A DNA stretch of 64,000 bases from a virus (IMGVR_UViG_3300010340_001122), one strand, 5' to 3'. Positions 46,103-57,294 are shown, counted from the first letter of the stretch. The notes: a model not told the origin generated them from the letters alone. Made by a program: numbers and translations.

Positions 46103-48379
46103 TCATTCCGGAGAAGCCTGATCGTTAGGAGAGAGTTCATTAACATTATTTTCATTATTATTAACTCCTGATTTTTTATCTTTTCTTGATTTAGGTTCTT
46201 TAGATTCTTCTTGTAATAATGAAAGTTCTCTTTTTATAGCTTTCACTATTTGTTGAGTCTTACCTCCATCATAATCAAATTCGATACTTGTAATCAACCA
46301 GTCTCCAGATATTCTTTTATAAAATTCGTTTTGTATAGTAGGAGTTTGTTTTTGTGGAGAAAAATAAATAGGTATTTTTTGATAAACATAAAGATTAAAA
46401 TTATTACTAGGTAGTTTTAATACACAAGATACTTTAGTAATATCATCTAAATTTTGTCTATTCTGTGGTATTGAATAATTGAAGTTTTTATGAACATTTC
46501 CTTTACCATCATCGAATAAATCAAATTTACCAACATAGATATTATTAGTGTTCTCTTCAAAAAATTTTTCATCATTTACTGCGCCTTTTAATATTATCGA
46601 CTTACTACCATCTGATGTTTGTGATTCGACATCAAATATTAGTAATTCTTTTTTTATTGAATCATAATATTTAGTTCTTGTTCTATATGCCTTCTCTAAA
46701 GAAATTTTTGTTGATTTATTAACTATATCAAATTCTGAAAAATAAGCAATTGATTCTTTTATACTTCTATCATTAGATAAAATAAGATTTGTTGTTTCTT
46801 CATCTACATCAGGATCTTCTTCAGTTAGAAATTTATATCCAAATCCAGTTATCATTTTATCCTGTGAAACATCTCTTTCTAATTCTTTATTTAAATCCAT
46901 ATAACATAAATTATAATAATAATCAACATAACAATATTGAAAAGATGTTTCGGAAACATATGAGTTATTAATAACGTTTTCAATAAATTCTAAATTTTTA
47001 AAACCTGAATTTATCCAAGTCATTTTATCATCACTATTATTTATATTTGAACAAAATCCTAATTCGCAAATTTTAGCAACTTCCTGTAAGGTCTCATGTG
47101 ATGTTTTAGACCCGTAACTTAGAAATTTTCTCAAAAATATTTGAGGAATATTACATATTCCAGAGATAACATAAGTATTATTACCACTATCTTTAAAATC
47201 TAAAACTTTAAAATCCATATTTATTGATCTCAAATTTAAAGATTTCGAATTTAAATATATTGAAACAGTTGTATCATCATGTGGAAATCCATCTTCTCTA
47301 AGAATTCCCCAACTATCCAAAACAGTCATCTCTATAGCCGGTAAAATACCTTTATGATATAAATTAAATTTTAAAACATCTTGATATGAGATTTGAACAC
47401 CATTATACCAAACAAAAGGCATATAACCCGCTTGTTTAGCAATCTTACCCTTATCATTTCCACTAGCTTCAATATCAAATTGAATATTTGTGGGTTTAAT
47501 ATATGGTTTAAAAAATTGTGTTAGGTTTTTTATAGGCTGCCCATTATTTATTGGAGCATTATCAAAATCATTATCAGAAAATGTATTATCCTGTTCATTT
47601 TGATTTTCCTGTTCCTGTATTTTATTATCTGATGTATTATCAGGAGGTGGTGCAGTTGTTCCTTCTGGATTTTTTTCCAAATATTCAATTAAAAATCCAT
47701 GACATATTTTAGCTTTATCATAGTTATATCTAACGACTTGACTATTTGTTGAATTACTAAAACCAGAAGTCATATTTATTATACATAATAAAGCTTCATT
47801 CCAATCATTAAAATCATTAACAGATGATTTTCTAAATTTACTTTTTATTTTATCTTTACTTTTGAAATCACCATCAACGTAAAATGCAACACAAGAAACA
47901 GATGCTGGTCCTATTTGATTGAGTAAATCTGGATTTTCAAGTAATCCTGGTATATTTTTACCATATGATTTATAATTACTTTTAAAAGTAATTTGATTAA
48001 ATCCTCTTCCTCTATATTTCCACCCATCTCCTGGATTCTGATTACCCCCACGAGGTGATCCATAAATATAATTAGCTATTTTTTCTGGTTTTTTTGCATA
48101 ATCATTGGCATTAGTACCTGGTTTGGTATTTTTACCTCCAAAATATGAAGGAAATGTTTTTTTGAGTCCAGAGGCACTATAATTTAGATTTTCATTCTGA
48201 GGTATAAATCCTGATTCTTTTGATATGGTTGCTAAAATTGCAGCAATAATATACTTATTAGTAACACCTCTTCTTTTACATTCACCAATTATAGAATCTA
48301 CCGCTTGTTTATTAAAATTTCTTTTATTACCATCAGTTCCTTTAGCAACTATATTTCCATTTTTTATTTCGTAAGACAT
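46103..48379 (-). CDS. GH19 lysozyme-like domain fused to probable baseplate hub/tail protein
   Basis: KESG, ENLNYS..GL, ANYIYG, DGWKYRGRGFNQIT; C-terminal ISGDWLITSI hub-like motif. Confidence 0.75.
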   Translation of the reverse strand: MSYEIKNGNIVAKGTDGNKRNFNKQAVDSIIGECKRRGVTNKYIIAAILATISKESGFIPQNENLNYSASGLKKTFPSYFGGKNTKPGTNANDYAKKPEKIANYIYGSPRGGNQNPGDGWKYRGRGFNQITFKSNYKSYGKNIPGLLENPDLLNQIGPASVSCVAFYVDGDFKSKDKIKSKFRKSSVNDFNDWNEALLCIINMTSGFSNSTNSQVVRYNYDKAKICHGFLIEYLEKNPEGTTAPPPDNTSDNKIQEQENQNEQDNTFSDNDFDNAPINNGQPIKNLTQFFKPYIKPTNIQFDIEASGNDKGKIAKQAGYMPFVWYNGVQISYQDVLKFNLYHKGILPAIEMTVLDSWGILREDGFPHDDTTVSIYLNSKSLNLRSINMDFKVLDFKDSGNNTYVISGICNIPQIFLRKFLSYGSKTSHETLQEVAKICELGFCSNINNSDDKMTWINSGFKNLEFIENVINNSYVSETSFQYCYVDYYYNLCYMDLNKELERDVSQDKMITGFGYKFLTEEDPDVDEETTNLILSNDRSIKESIAYFSEFDIVNKSTKISLEKAYRTRTKYYDSIKKELLIFDVESQTSDGSKSIILKGAVNDEKFFEENTNNIYVGKFDLFDDGKGNVHKNFNYSIPQNRQNLDDITKVSCVLKLPSNNFNLYVYQKIPIYFSPQKQTPTIQNEFYKRISGDWLITSIEFDYDGGKTQQIVKAIKRELSLLQEESKEPKSRKDKKSGVNNNENNVNELSPNDQASPE

Positions 48380-48385
48380 AATAGG

Positions 48386-48862
48386 TTATTTATTAAATAA
48401 TCCACTTCCGATCTTAATCGTGTCTCCTGATACAACAACTTGTTCAGTTGGTTTGTCCATTATAGTTGGTGGTAAAGAATAATTCTCCTCAACATACTTC
48501 TGTCTTGATGGATCTGGTGCTGAAGCTTTATTACCACTTGATAAACTAACTTGAACATTGTTATTTTTACTATCTTTTAATCTAAGTTCCGCGATAGAAT
48601 CAGCGCTTGGATAAATAATTATAGTTCCTTCCTTAACATTCAATGGATTACTTATATTATTAATATTTAAAATAATATCAATATAATCAACATTTCCATA
48701 TATGGACTGACAGATCAAATCTACTCTCATTTCTTCTCCTTTTTGAATTTTATATTCACCGAAATTCAAACCATCAAATGTTGATCTAAAGGTTAATTTA
48801 GTTAAATCATATAAATTATCATTTGTAGATTTTTTAAGTTTATCTATATCATCTATTTTCAT
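48386..48862 (-). CDS. Baseplate wedge protein (gp53/LysM-like)
   Basis: Y.IQ.GEEMRVDLI...IYG....DIIL.IN.I.NPL....G..I.YP. Confidence 0.7.
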   Translation of the reverse strand: MKIDDIDKLKKSTNDNLYDLTKLTFRSTFDGLNFGEYKIQKGEEMRVDLICQSIYGNVDYIDIILNINNISNPLNVKEGTIIIYPSADSIAELRLKDSKNNNVQVSLSSGNKASAPDPSRQKYVEENYSLPPTIMDKPTEQVVVSGDTIKIGSGLFNK

Positions 48863-48863
48863 A

Positions 48864-50828
48864 TTATATAATTAATTTATCACCAACTTGAAGGAAGTCC
48901 GGATCACTATCTTGTCCTGATTTAACAATACCGTCTGCCTCGGCTGGATTTTTATTTTTATTTTTAGCAATAATTCTATTTTTCTCAGCATTTATTTCAG
49001 CATTTGTAGCATTTGGTCCTAATTTATTTTTAGCTATTTTCCAAATACTATCACCTGGCTTAACTGTATATTCTTCCTCACTTGATGTTGGTAATTCTGT
49101 TTTACCTAAAACTGGTTCTGAACTATTAGGATCAGGATTAACAGTCTGACCAGTTGTTGAGTCTGTGCCAGTTGAATTTTCACTACCAACTTTTGATTGG
49201 TCAGAACTAGATTGTACAACACCTGTTGAATTAGATTGAGTGTCTTCCTCTTTACTATCTGTTGGTGATACTGATGGTGATGCACCAGTTGTATTTGTAT
49301 CAATTTTATTAGTATTTTGTGTTGGTGGATATCCTGGATCTGGGTCAGCGTTCCAAAATGTTGGATGCTCGTTAGAAACTCTTACTCCACTACAACTTAA
49401 TTTCTCCATTATCTCATCTGTTCCTAGGTTTCTTGCACTCACAAGAGTAAATTCACATTCTATAAATGATGGTAAATCATTAAAAGCTAATTGTGGTCCA
49501 AAATTGACAGTCACATCTTGAGTTAACATATCACCACTTGAAAATATTGGTCTAAGTGGATTACCAATTGTAATATGCCATGGAGTTGATGGTAAACCCG
49601 TTAAAGTTGTAACAACACCAAGTGCTTGTATTCTATATTTTTTGATAACAGTATCGGCAAAGTTCTTTAATATACCTCCTATTTTAGTTTGAGTAGATAA
49701 AATTAAATTATCATTTTTTTCTTTTTCCGCTTTTGCTATTTCATCCTCATCTTTTGAACTATCAGAAGATCCTGAATCCTTCTCACCATAGGTCGAGTCA
49801 AAGAATTTACCAATTATAACAGCCACTTCGGTTATTATAGTTTTTAATGAATCTACAAATGCTTGTACAACTTTTTTTATTAATTCAGTTGCACCACCTG
49901 GCTTTAAAAAATCCTTTAAAACACCATCGAGTTTTCCTAAACTAGATCTTTTACCTAAATAAAAAACAGCCTGTGATCCACCAAATGATAATATAGTCTG
50001 TAAAATATCATAATAAATTAGGGTTGGATCAACACCTGATATGAATTTTTGTTCCCAAGAACATTTAACTTTAACAGAAAATTTACCAGTTAATCCTGAA
50101 CCTGCTTGATCTTCTTTAATTAATTGTCTTTGTTTAGATTCTTTAATTAAATTTGGAGTTCCTGATGGAATTATATCTGTTGATTTTGGATCGATAAATC
50201 CAGCTTTTGTTAATATCTGTCTTTGAAGACCTTCTGTGAATCCAGGAAGTGGAACTGCATTCATACCAGCTGATAAAACATCACCTAGTTTAAAATCAAT
50301 AGATTTTAGTCCTAGATCATCACCAACATCATTTAATAGTTCTTTAAATGATGGTTGTGAATCTACCCAAACCTCACCAAAGTTAAATGATAGTATATTT
50401 TCAGTATCTGGTACCCAGGAAATAAGCGTTGATATTGGTTCAGTATTTATATTAACACCAGCGAAGGTCAAATCATCAATAACAGGATGATCAAATCTTC
50501 TACAAACTACTAATCTGTTATTTGGATAAACACCAAAATCCCTACAATAGGCAAAATCTGCCCATTTTAGTTTCATTGTGTTATATTTTTCTAATTGTGT
50601 GATGATATTTGAAGTTGATATCTCATATACCGCATCCGCGTGAACCACATCTACCGATTCAAAACTTAATGGGTGTTTAACAAATCCATTTTCATTTTCA
50701 GGACTTTTATTTAAAAAGTTTTTTGTACTAAATCTTGATCCTTGAGGCCCATTTGTGCTACCAGACTGTTGATAACTGAATGATCCTTCTGATACTAGAC
50801 CTAGTGGTGATGCTGTATATTTAGCCAT
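48864..50828 (-). CDS. Tail/baseplate protein with C-terminal LysM domain
   Basis: WHITIGNPL.PI; S/T linker; YTVKPGDSIWKIA...LQVGDKLII. Confidence 0.75.
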   Translation of the reverse strand: MAKYTASPLGLVSEGSFSYQQSGSTNGPQGSRFSTKNFLNKSPENENGFVKHPLSFESVDVVHADAVYEISTSNIITQLEKYNTMKLKWADFAYCRDFGVYPNNRLVVCRRFDHPVIDDLTFAGVNINTEPISTLISWVPDTENILSFNFGEVWVDSQPSFKELLNDVGDDLGLKSIDFKLGDVLSAGMNAVPLPGFTEGLQRQILTKAGFIDPKSTDIIPSGTPNLIKESKQRQLIKEDQAGSGLTGKFSVKVKCSWEQKFISGVDPTLIYYDILQTILSFGGSQAVFYLGKRSSLGKLDGVLKDFLKPGGATELIKKVVQAFVDSLKTIITEVAVIIGKFFDSTYGEKDSGSSDSSKDEDEIAKAEKEKNDNLILSTQTKIGGILKNFADTVIKKYRIQALGVVTTLTGLPSTPWHITIGNPLRPIFSSGDMLTQDVTVNFGPQLAFNDLPSFIECEFTLVSARNLGTDEIMEKLSCSGVRVSNEHPTFWNADPDPGYPPTQNTNKIDTNTTGASPSVSPTDSKEEDTQSNSTGVVQSSSDQSKVGSENSTGTDSTTGQTVNPDPNSSEPVLGKTELPTSSEEEYTVKPGDSIWKIAKNKLGPNATNAEINAEKNRIIAKNKNKNPAEADGIVKSGQDSDPDFLQVGDKLII

Positions 50829-50868
50829 AATTTATCTATAATTATTTATAGATTTATATATTATGTAA

Positions 50869-51276
50869 TCAGTAATCTCTTATTATTTGTGAGTTTGAAA
50901 ATTTTGAAAGGTTTGAAAAAACATCATCCATGACTTCTTGATTTTTTCTAAATTCATTGTAGAATATTAAAACATTAAAATCATTTCCACCTAGTATCTT
51001 CTTTAAATTGAGTAGTTTTTCTATTGAGAATTCGTTATCAAAATCGGGAATATAATAAATATCCTTTTTCCTATCTATTGCTTGTTGTATTTTATTGAAA
51101 ATTAAAATTTTTAAATAAGTTCTATCATTTTTAAAATTGACTTCCTCTTCTTCGATAATCTTTTTAATATCGATTATATACTTATTCTTTATTCTATTGA
51201 CTTTAATAAACTTATCAAATTTTTTCCTTGTTTTACAGTAAACACAAAAAAACGTCATTTTATTATCTATGTCCAT
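50869..51276 (-). CDS. Hypothetical protein
   Basis: 135 aa ORF. Confidence 0.6.
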   Translation of the reverse strand: MDIDNKMTFFCVYCKTRKKFDKFIKVNRIKNKYIIDIKKIIEEEEVNFKNDRTYLKILIFNKIQQAIDRKKDIYYIPDFDNEFSIEKLLNLKKILGGNDFNVLIFYNEFRKNQEVMDDVFSNLSKFSNSQIIRDY

Positions 51277-51376
51277 ATTAGACTACTCATTTTCTTTTAA
51301 TATTTTTATATATTCATCAACATGTCTTTCCTTCATAATATGTTAATTAAGATGTATATTTTAATATATAACCAAT

Positions 51377-52753
51377 ATGAAAAAGTATTCCGAGAAATTT
51401 ATTCATGAGTATAGTAAGCTAGCAACAGCTAAGATTGGATTTGAATTTGAATTCTATATGAAAGATTTATCTTTCTATAAAACTATGGAGTTATTAAATA
51501 AAGAACTCGCTCCCGTTAAGGTACACGGTTTTAGACAGTATCACTCAGATTTTAAACCCGATGATAAAAACTTTAAAATAGAACCAGATTTATCAGGAGG
51601 ATCAAACATGGTTGAGTTAGTAACCGGACCAATGCATTATAATGATGCTAAATTCTATTTAATAAAAATATTGAAATTTATCCAAAACTACGGATACACA
51701 AATGATAAATCATCAATACATTTTAACCTTTCATTTTTTGGTGAGAAAAATCTAAATGATTTAAATGTTTTAAAATTAATATTAAATACTGATGAGGATG
51801 AAATTTATAGATTTTATCCTTCAAGAAAAGATAATATTTATGCCAAGTCTGTGAAGAAAGTTATACCATTTAAAGAATATGACTTTTTTAATATACCAAT
51901 TGATTCCGTTAAAAATAATTTAATTCTTCCGGATGATAAATATTATGGAATAAATTTCTTAAATATTAATAATAATAAAGAAAGTCAAAGAGTTGAATAC
52001 CGATATATTGGTGGAAAAGACTATGAATTAAATATTGGTAATATTGTTTATTTCTTAGATAGATTCATACTAGATACTTACAATTCAATTGATGTTGGAT
52101 TTAACCAAAATGATGCTGATAAATTGGAAAAATACTTAGAAGATAATATTGGTAAATTTAAAACATTTTCTAAATATGATAACTTCATTGTTGAATTTCC
52201 AACTATTCAAATACAAATCGATCAAAACCATATGTATGAATTAGTTAGTTCATATTTTGGTAGAATATACGAAAAACTGTGGGATATAGTTGAAGGTACT
52301 GATAATTTAAAAGATTGTATTATAAATTATATCACTGAGACACAAAAGATGGAAATTGTAGATGCTCAAATTAAATCTAATCTACCAATTGATTCTTTTG
52401 AATTTGTAAATTGTACAATATTAGATGGTATTTATGATAATTGTAATTTTTATGGATGTGAAATAAATAATACTCAAATATCTACATCCAAAATCGAATC
52501 ATCCGATGTTAATGGGAGTAAAGTTTTAAGTTGTAGGGTTGAAAATTCAACCTTAGTTAATTGTTATTTCATGAATGGATTCCTGAATGGTGATATGAAT
52601 GGTGGTATATTCAGAAGTGGTGAGTTAGGTCCATACGCATCTATATCACCTGATACTAAAATCGTTGGTAGCTCTGATAACTTCTTTGATACAAGATTTG
52701 ACTCACAAGATAAAGGCGATAAAAAAGGAGTTATAGATACATATAAAAAATGA
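51377..52753 (+). CDS. Putative amidoligase (COOH-NH2 ligase fold) with beta-helix tail
   Basis: IGFEFEF, EPD.S, ELVTGP, SSIHFNLS, KYYGIN, VEYRYIGG. Confidence 0.75.
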   Translation: MKKYSEKFIHEYSKLATAKIGFEFEFYMKDLSFYKTMELLNKELAPVKVHGFRQYHSDFKPDDKNFKIEPDLSGGSNMVELVTGPMHYNDAKFYLIKILKFIQNYGYTNDKSSIHFNLSFFGEKNLNDLNVLKLILNTDEDEIYRFYPSRKDNIYAKSVKKVIPFKEYDFFNIPIDSVKNNLILPDDKYYGINFLNINNNKESQRVEYRYIGGKDYELNIGNIVYFLDRFILDTYNSIDVGFNQNDADKLEKYLEDNIGKFKTFSKYDNFIVEFPTIQIQIDQNHMYELVSSYFGRIYEKLWDIVEGTDNLKDCIINYITETQKMEIVDAQIKSNLPIDSFEFVNCTILDGIYDNCNFYGCEINNTQISTSKIESSDVNGSKVLSCRVENSTLVNCYFMNGFLNGDMNGGIFRSGELGPYASISPDTKIVGSSDNFFDTRFDSQDKGDKKGVIDTYKK

Positions 52754-53115
52754 TTCATTTAAAACAGTTTGAAAATAGAGAAGAAATCTGGAATGTCAAT
52801 AGAGAAGATATAAAAGAAATATTTAATGACTTCATAGATGAGTTTGAACTTATAATAACTTTTGGTAAAAAACTACAAAAATCTAGTTTATCCACTGGAC
52901 CAGATATAGTATTTGGATTTAAACCATATATACAAATAAGATTAATATCTTTAGATAAAACTAGTCCTTATAGATTAAGTCAGTATATTAATTCTGGGGA
53001 ATTTTCAGAAAGAAAAAAAGAGATTACCTCTAAACTAGATTATAATGATTTATTCATTAATGAAGTTTACATTGAGGTTAGTTCAATAATATTTTTAATA
53101 TATACAAAAAAATAG
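52750..53115 (+). CDS. Hypothetical protein with N-terminal tag
   Basis: MIHLKQFEN...IKEIF.DF.DE. Confidence 0.65.
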   Translation: MIHLKQFENREEIWNVNREDIKEIFNDFIDEFELIITFGKKLQKSSLSTGPDIVFGFKPYIQIRLISLDKTSPYRLSQYINSGEFSERKKEITSKLDYNDLFINEVYIEVSSIIFLIYTKK

Positions 53116-53123
53116 TAAATTAT

Positions 53124-54944
53124 ATGCAAAATTATAATTCATTCGTAAATGAAGAAGTGGGTATAAGAAATATCAAGAAAATAATCGGTGATATGAAAAC
53201 CGCTGAAATATATTTTCATAAAGATTTAGATGGTGTCACATCAGCACTTGCAATGAAATATTTCCTTGAAACATATTATCAAGTAAAAACTGTTGATGCT
53301 CACCAAATTCAATATGGTGGTATGGAATTTGCTATTAAAAATCATAAAGAAGGAAATTTATGTATTTTAGTTGATTTTGCACATGGTAAGCCAATGTTTC
53401 AAATACAATCTGATCACCATGATAAACAAGTAGGAGCTGGTGATACTCAAGCAACCTATTTTAAATCAGCTAGATCAAATGTTGAGATCATTTCTGGTGA
53501 AATTTCTTACTCAGATGTATTTACACCCGGTGATGTTGAGTTAATAAAAACTGTTGATTCTGCTAATTTCCTCACACATAATATAAAACCAGAAGATATT
53601 CAAAATTCTATTTTTAAATTTAAAAGAGAGTTATCAGGAGAGAAGAATAGATTTATGATGGGATTTGTTGTCAATAGATTATTATTAGCTTATAAAAATA
53701 AGAGAATTAGTGTTAAAAGTATGGATGGTAAGAGAGATCATATTAATAAAAATATTCTTGAGTGTATGGTTTTAGATTGTAACCCATCATTATACTCAAT
53801 GTTTAATAATATTAGACATTATGTTAATAATTCACGTGTATCTGATAGAGCTGGAGTTTTAGCTAAGCCAGATGTTTTAATGCAAAATCTCACTAATTAT
53901 ATAGAAAGAATGAAAAATTATAGATTCATTGAAGATCCAGATACTGGAGATGTTAGTGAATTTGATCCAACAAGTAGAAAACATCAATTCCTTTCATCTG
54001 TTAAAGGTGCAAAAGTTGGCAAAGGTGTTCATTATGATGATAAACATAAAATTATTATTCAATATGGTGGTGGTAATATGATGCAACCTGGATCATATGA
54101 TAGATATGTGCCTTTTAAAAACTTCCCAGATGCTAATTTTATTTGTATAATTTGGGCAATGGGTCTTATACAAGTAAGTTGTAATCCGTTTAAAGAAAAG
54201 AAATTAAAAGATATTAATCTTGGTGAAATTGCAAAAGAAGTTGTTTCCAAACATCAACCAATATTAACTAAAATTCTTGTTTCTTTAGATTGTATAAAAA
54301 AAGAATTTGAAACTTCACAAGATTGGAAGAAAATGCAAAAAGAAGAAGGTCCAGATTATGTTGGTGTTGGTTTTAAATATTCTGATTTAGAAGCTTTTTA
54401 TAATGATTGTGTTTATAAAAATGGAGAATTGGTTGATATAAATAATTCGAGTGTTAAAAGTGCAATGAATACAATCTATGATAAACTAGATGATAAACAA
54501 TTAAATATTCTTAAAGAATATAAAATTCCAGTTTGGGAACTTGTAACTAGAAACTCTGGAGGACATCCATCTATTACGAACTTACAAGGATGGGGATTCT
54601 TAAAATATAATAGCAATGCTATGAATGCCGCTTATGAAACTGATAAATACACAGATGTTATGAAAAAAGTGGCTCGTGAGTTTGTCGATAATCTTAAAGA
54701 TAAAGTAGAGTTATTTGAACAAGGCAAATCCGTTGAGTATGATACGAAAGGTGTTGAATTTACTGGACAAGATACTAATGAAAATTATGAATATTTTTTA
54801 GTTAATAAAGAAGGTAAAAGTAATAAAGTAACTAAAGATGATTTTGTTAAAGCTGGAGTTTCTAAAGCAATGAGACCTGATAAACCGGTTACCATTGATA
54901 GTGATAATAAGAGAATTATTGCAAAGTTTGAAAAATTTAGATAA
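53124..54944 (+). CDS. DHH-family phosphoesterase
   Basis: FH.DLDG..SA, LVDF, SDHH, SGGH. Confidence 0.8.
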   Translation: MQNYNSFVNEEVGIRNIKKIIGDMKTAEIYFHKDLDGVTSALAMKYFLETYYQVKTVDAHQIQYGGMEFAIKNHKEGNLCILVDFAHGKPMFQIQSDHHDKQVGAGDTQATYFKSARSNVEIISGEISYSDVFTPGDVELIKTVDSANFLTHNIKPEDIQNSIFKFKRELSGEKNRFMMGFVVNRLLLAYKNKRISVKSMDGKRDHINKNILECMVLDCNPSLYSMFNNIRHYVNNSRVSDRAGVLAKPDVLMQNLTNYIERMKNYRFIEDPDTGDVSEFDPTSRKHQFLSSVKGAKVGKGVHYDDKHKIIIQYGGGNMMQPGSYDRYVPFKNFPDANFICIIWAMGLIQVSCNPFKEKKLKDINLGEIAKEVVSKHQPILTKILVSLDCIKKEFETSQDWKKMQKEEGPDYVGVGFKYSDLEAFYNDCVYKNGELVDINNSSVKSAMNTIYDKLDDKQLNILKEYKIPVWELVTRNSGGHPSITNLQGWGFLKYNSNAMNAAYETDKYTDVMKKVAREFVDNLKDKVELFEQGKSVEYDTKGVEFTGQDTNENYEYFLVNKEGKSNKVTKDDFVKAGVSKAMRPDKPVTIDSDNKRIIAKFEKFR

Positions 54945-54984
54945 ATTATTTTTTATTTGTATATTTAGTATTTAAATATTTAAA

Positions 54985-55590
54985 ATGATACCAACAGCGG
55001 AAGAAGTAATTAAAAGATCAAAAATACACCCAGTTCGTGTAAAAAACATCTATATATTTGGTAGTCAAGTATATGGGACTGCAACATATGGATCAGATTG
55101 GGATTTTATCATGATTGCTAATACACCAAATACCAATCAAGAAATTAGATCTGGTGATTTTAACATACATGTTATGACGGAAGAGCAATTTCTTAAAAAT
55201 CTAAAAGAACACCATTCGAGTTCAGTAGAAGCCTTTTTCACACCAAAAGAATTTAGACTACAAGAAGATATTAAATTTGATTGGAAGCCAAATATATCAT
55301 CTTTAAGACATTCATTTTCTCATATATCATCTAATTCCTGGGTTAAGTGTAAAAAGAAAATGGAACAAGGTGATTATTATATTGGTGTTAAATCATTATT
55401 TCATAGCTTAAGGATTCCTTTATTTGGAATACAAATTACCAAAACTGGTAATATTAATGATTTTTCAGAAGCTAATTTCATTCATGATAAAATATTTTCT
55501 AAAGAATGGACTTGGGAAGAATTAGACTCAGAGTTTAGAGGGTTAAGAAATAATATACTTAGTAAATTTAGAGCTGTTACTCAAAAGTAA
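54985..55590 (+). CDS. Nucleotidyltransferase with helical C-terminal domain
   Basis: IYIFGSQVYG....SDWDF; KSLFHSLR. Confidence 0.8.
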   Translation: MIPTAEEVIKRSKIHPVRVKNIYIFGSQVYGTATYGSDWDFIMIANTPNTNQEIRSGDFNIHVMTEEQFLKNLKEHHSSSVEAFFTPKEFRLQEDIKFDWKPNISSLRHSFSHISSNSWVKCKKKMEQGDYYIGVKSLFHSLRIPLFGIQITKTGNINDFSEANFIHDKIFSKEWTWEELDSEFRGLRNNILSKFRAVTQK

Positions 55591-55591
55591 T

Positions 55592-56155
55592 TTATTTTTC
55601 TGATTTATTAAATTTATCCAAATATTTCTCTGACATTTTTCTTATTATATCCGAATTAAAGTTATTATCATTCATCAAGGATTCGCAAGCTTTATATCTT
55701 AAAAAAACATTTTCAGATTTTTTAATTCTGTTTGCTGATCTTTCACACTGTTCCATTAAAAGATTTGTATCATATTTATATTTATTATATAAGGTTTTAA
55801 TAGCTAATTTATGTTTAAAAAGCCCTAATGGTTGTGATTTTATTAAATCTATTTCCTCATCAATTACTTGCCAATCTTTTATTTTATATTTTAAAGATTC
55901 TAATAATTTTGTCTTATCTTTATTAGAAGAATCACTTAAAAGGTCTAGAAGAGCTTCTAAAAATAATTCTTTACCAGCCACTTTCATAGTTCCAGCAACA
56001 TGATATCTTGTTATGGGTCCATACATCTGAACCTTTAAGAAATCATCCATAAGTCTCATAACTTTAGTTTTAAAGATATCCTCCTCATTTATTTTGATTT
56101 CAACTTTTGGCTCTTGATTAATTTTCTGACCTGTTACATTTGAGAATTTTTTCAT
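55592..56155 (-). CDS. Hypothetical protein with N-terminal tag
   Basis: Likely start MKKFSNV after TAATATATA. Confidence 0.65.
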   Translation of the reverse strand: MKKFSNVTGQKINQEPKVEIKINEEDIFKTKVMRLMDDFLKVQMYGPITRYHVAGTMKVAGKELFLEALLDLLSDSSNKDKTKLLESLKYKIKDWQVIDEEIDLIKSQPLGLFKHKLAIKTLYNKYKYDTNLLMEQCERSANRIKKSENVFLRYKACESLMNDNNFNSDIIRKMSEKYLDKFNKSEK

Positions 56156-56165
56156 AGTGTATATA

Positions 56166-56549
56166 TTAAATTTGAATTGTAATTTTAACATTGATATCTA
56201 TTATTGAATAATCCCCTCCAAAATATTTATTTTCTTGTATTGATTCAAAACGGTGATAAACTTTTCCAATTGATCTTAAATGGCTTATTATATTTTGTAT
56301 ATTATTACTATGTTCTGATAAATATGTTAAATAATCATTATCATGTGATGATTTTTTATTTGTTAGTAGTATTTCTATTTTATAAATTCCTTTTGTATCA
56401 TTAAACTTATCAATATATACAACGTATTCTTCATCTTTTAAATCTACTAATATATCATTAATATTATTAATATCATTTTCTGTGAAGTAATCTCTCGCCA
56501 TGACTTTTCTCTTTGCAGCAGATTCATACAATTTGGAAAACTTTCTCAT
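56166..56549 (-). CDS. Hypothetical protein (paralog of 56551-56982)
   Basis: MRKFSKLYES; INDIL.D.KD; NIQN.ISHL..IGKV.H shared. Confidence 0.7.
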   Translation of the reverse strand: MRKFSKLYESAAKRKVMARDYFTENDINNINDILVDLKDEEYVVYIDKFNDTKGIYKIEILLTNKKSSHDNDYLTYLSEHSNNIQNIISHLRSIGKVYHRFESIQENKYFGGDYSIIDINVKITIQI

Positions 56550-56550
56550 A

Positions 56551-56982
56551 TTAATTTGGAAATATTTTAATTGAAGAAGCCATATTTACTCTACAATTCT
56601 TTTTAAAAAATCTATCTTCTAAATTTGATCCGTTTAAATATTCTCTCGAATACTCGATGGTTGTTTTATGAAAGACTTTTCCAATATCTTCTAAATGTGA
56701 AATAACATTTTGTATATTTTTATTAAAAAAATCCGATTCTGAAAAAAAATCATTATTATCTGATCTTTTACTATTGATTATAATAATCTCAATCCATACA
56801 AAAGTTAATTTTTCTCTCCAATCTGGTATATCTATACCATATGATAGTCCATTTGAACCCATGTTTGTTATTTTAACATCAAATTCTTCATCATCTTTAA
56901 AATCTGATAATATATCATTAACTTTATCGATATCACTTTTATCAAAATTAGCCGATTCGTTTATTTTTGAAAACTTCTTCAT
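56551..56982 (-). CDS. Hypothetical protein (paralog of 56166-56549)
   Basis: MKKFSKINES; shared motifs as above. Confidence 0.7.
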   Translation of the reverse strand: MKKFSKINESANFDKSDIDKVNDILSDFKDDEEFDVKITNMGSNGLSYGIDIPDWREKLTFVWIEIIIINSKRSDNNDFFSESDFFNKNIQNVISHLEDIGKVFHKTTIEYSREYLNGSNLEDRFFKKNCRVNMASSIKIFPN

Positions 56983-57001
56983 AGACTATATATTAAAACA
57001 A

Positions 57002-57028
57002 AAAAGTCAGAGAGAACTCTGACTTTTT
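57002..57028 (-). terminator. Intrinsic terminator
   Basis: AAAAAGTCAGAG-AGAA-CTCTGACTTTTT. Confidence 0.8.
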
Positions 57029-57035
57029 AATTTAA

Positions 57036-57251
57036 TTAGATCGTTTTTCTATAATCTTGAACATCATCTCTGATTTCTTGAGATTTTTTCTTAATCTCTT
57101 GCATAAATTTTCTAATTCTAGTAGCGGCAGTTTTATTTCCTTTAACGAAGAATTTATCAAATTCATCTTTAAGTAAATACTTTTTACCATCTATTTCAAT
57201 TTCTTCGGTTAATAACCTCAAAAGTTGATCATATTTATCAATGTACTCCAT
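57036..57251 (-). CDS. Histone H1-like (Hc1-type) protein
   Basis: KF..KGNKTAATRIRK....K...QEIR.DVQ, as in Bacteroidota Hc1-like proteins. Confidence 0.75.
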   Translation of the reverse strand: MEYIDKYDQLLRLLTEEIEIDGKKYLLKDEFDKFFVKGNKTAATRIRKFMQEIKKKSQEIRDDVQDYRKTI

Positions 57252-57294
57252 AAAAGTTTATTTTTTTAGTATATATTTCGTTTAGTATTTCCTA

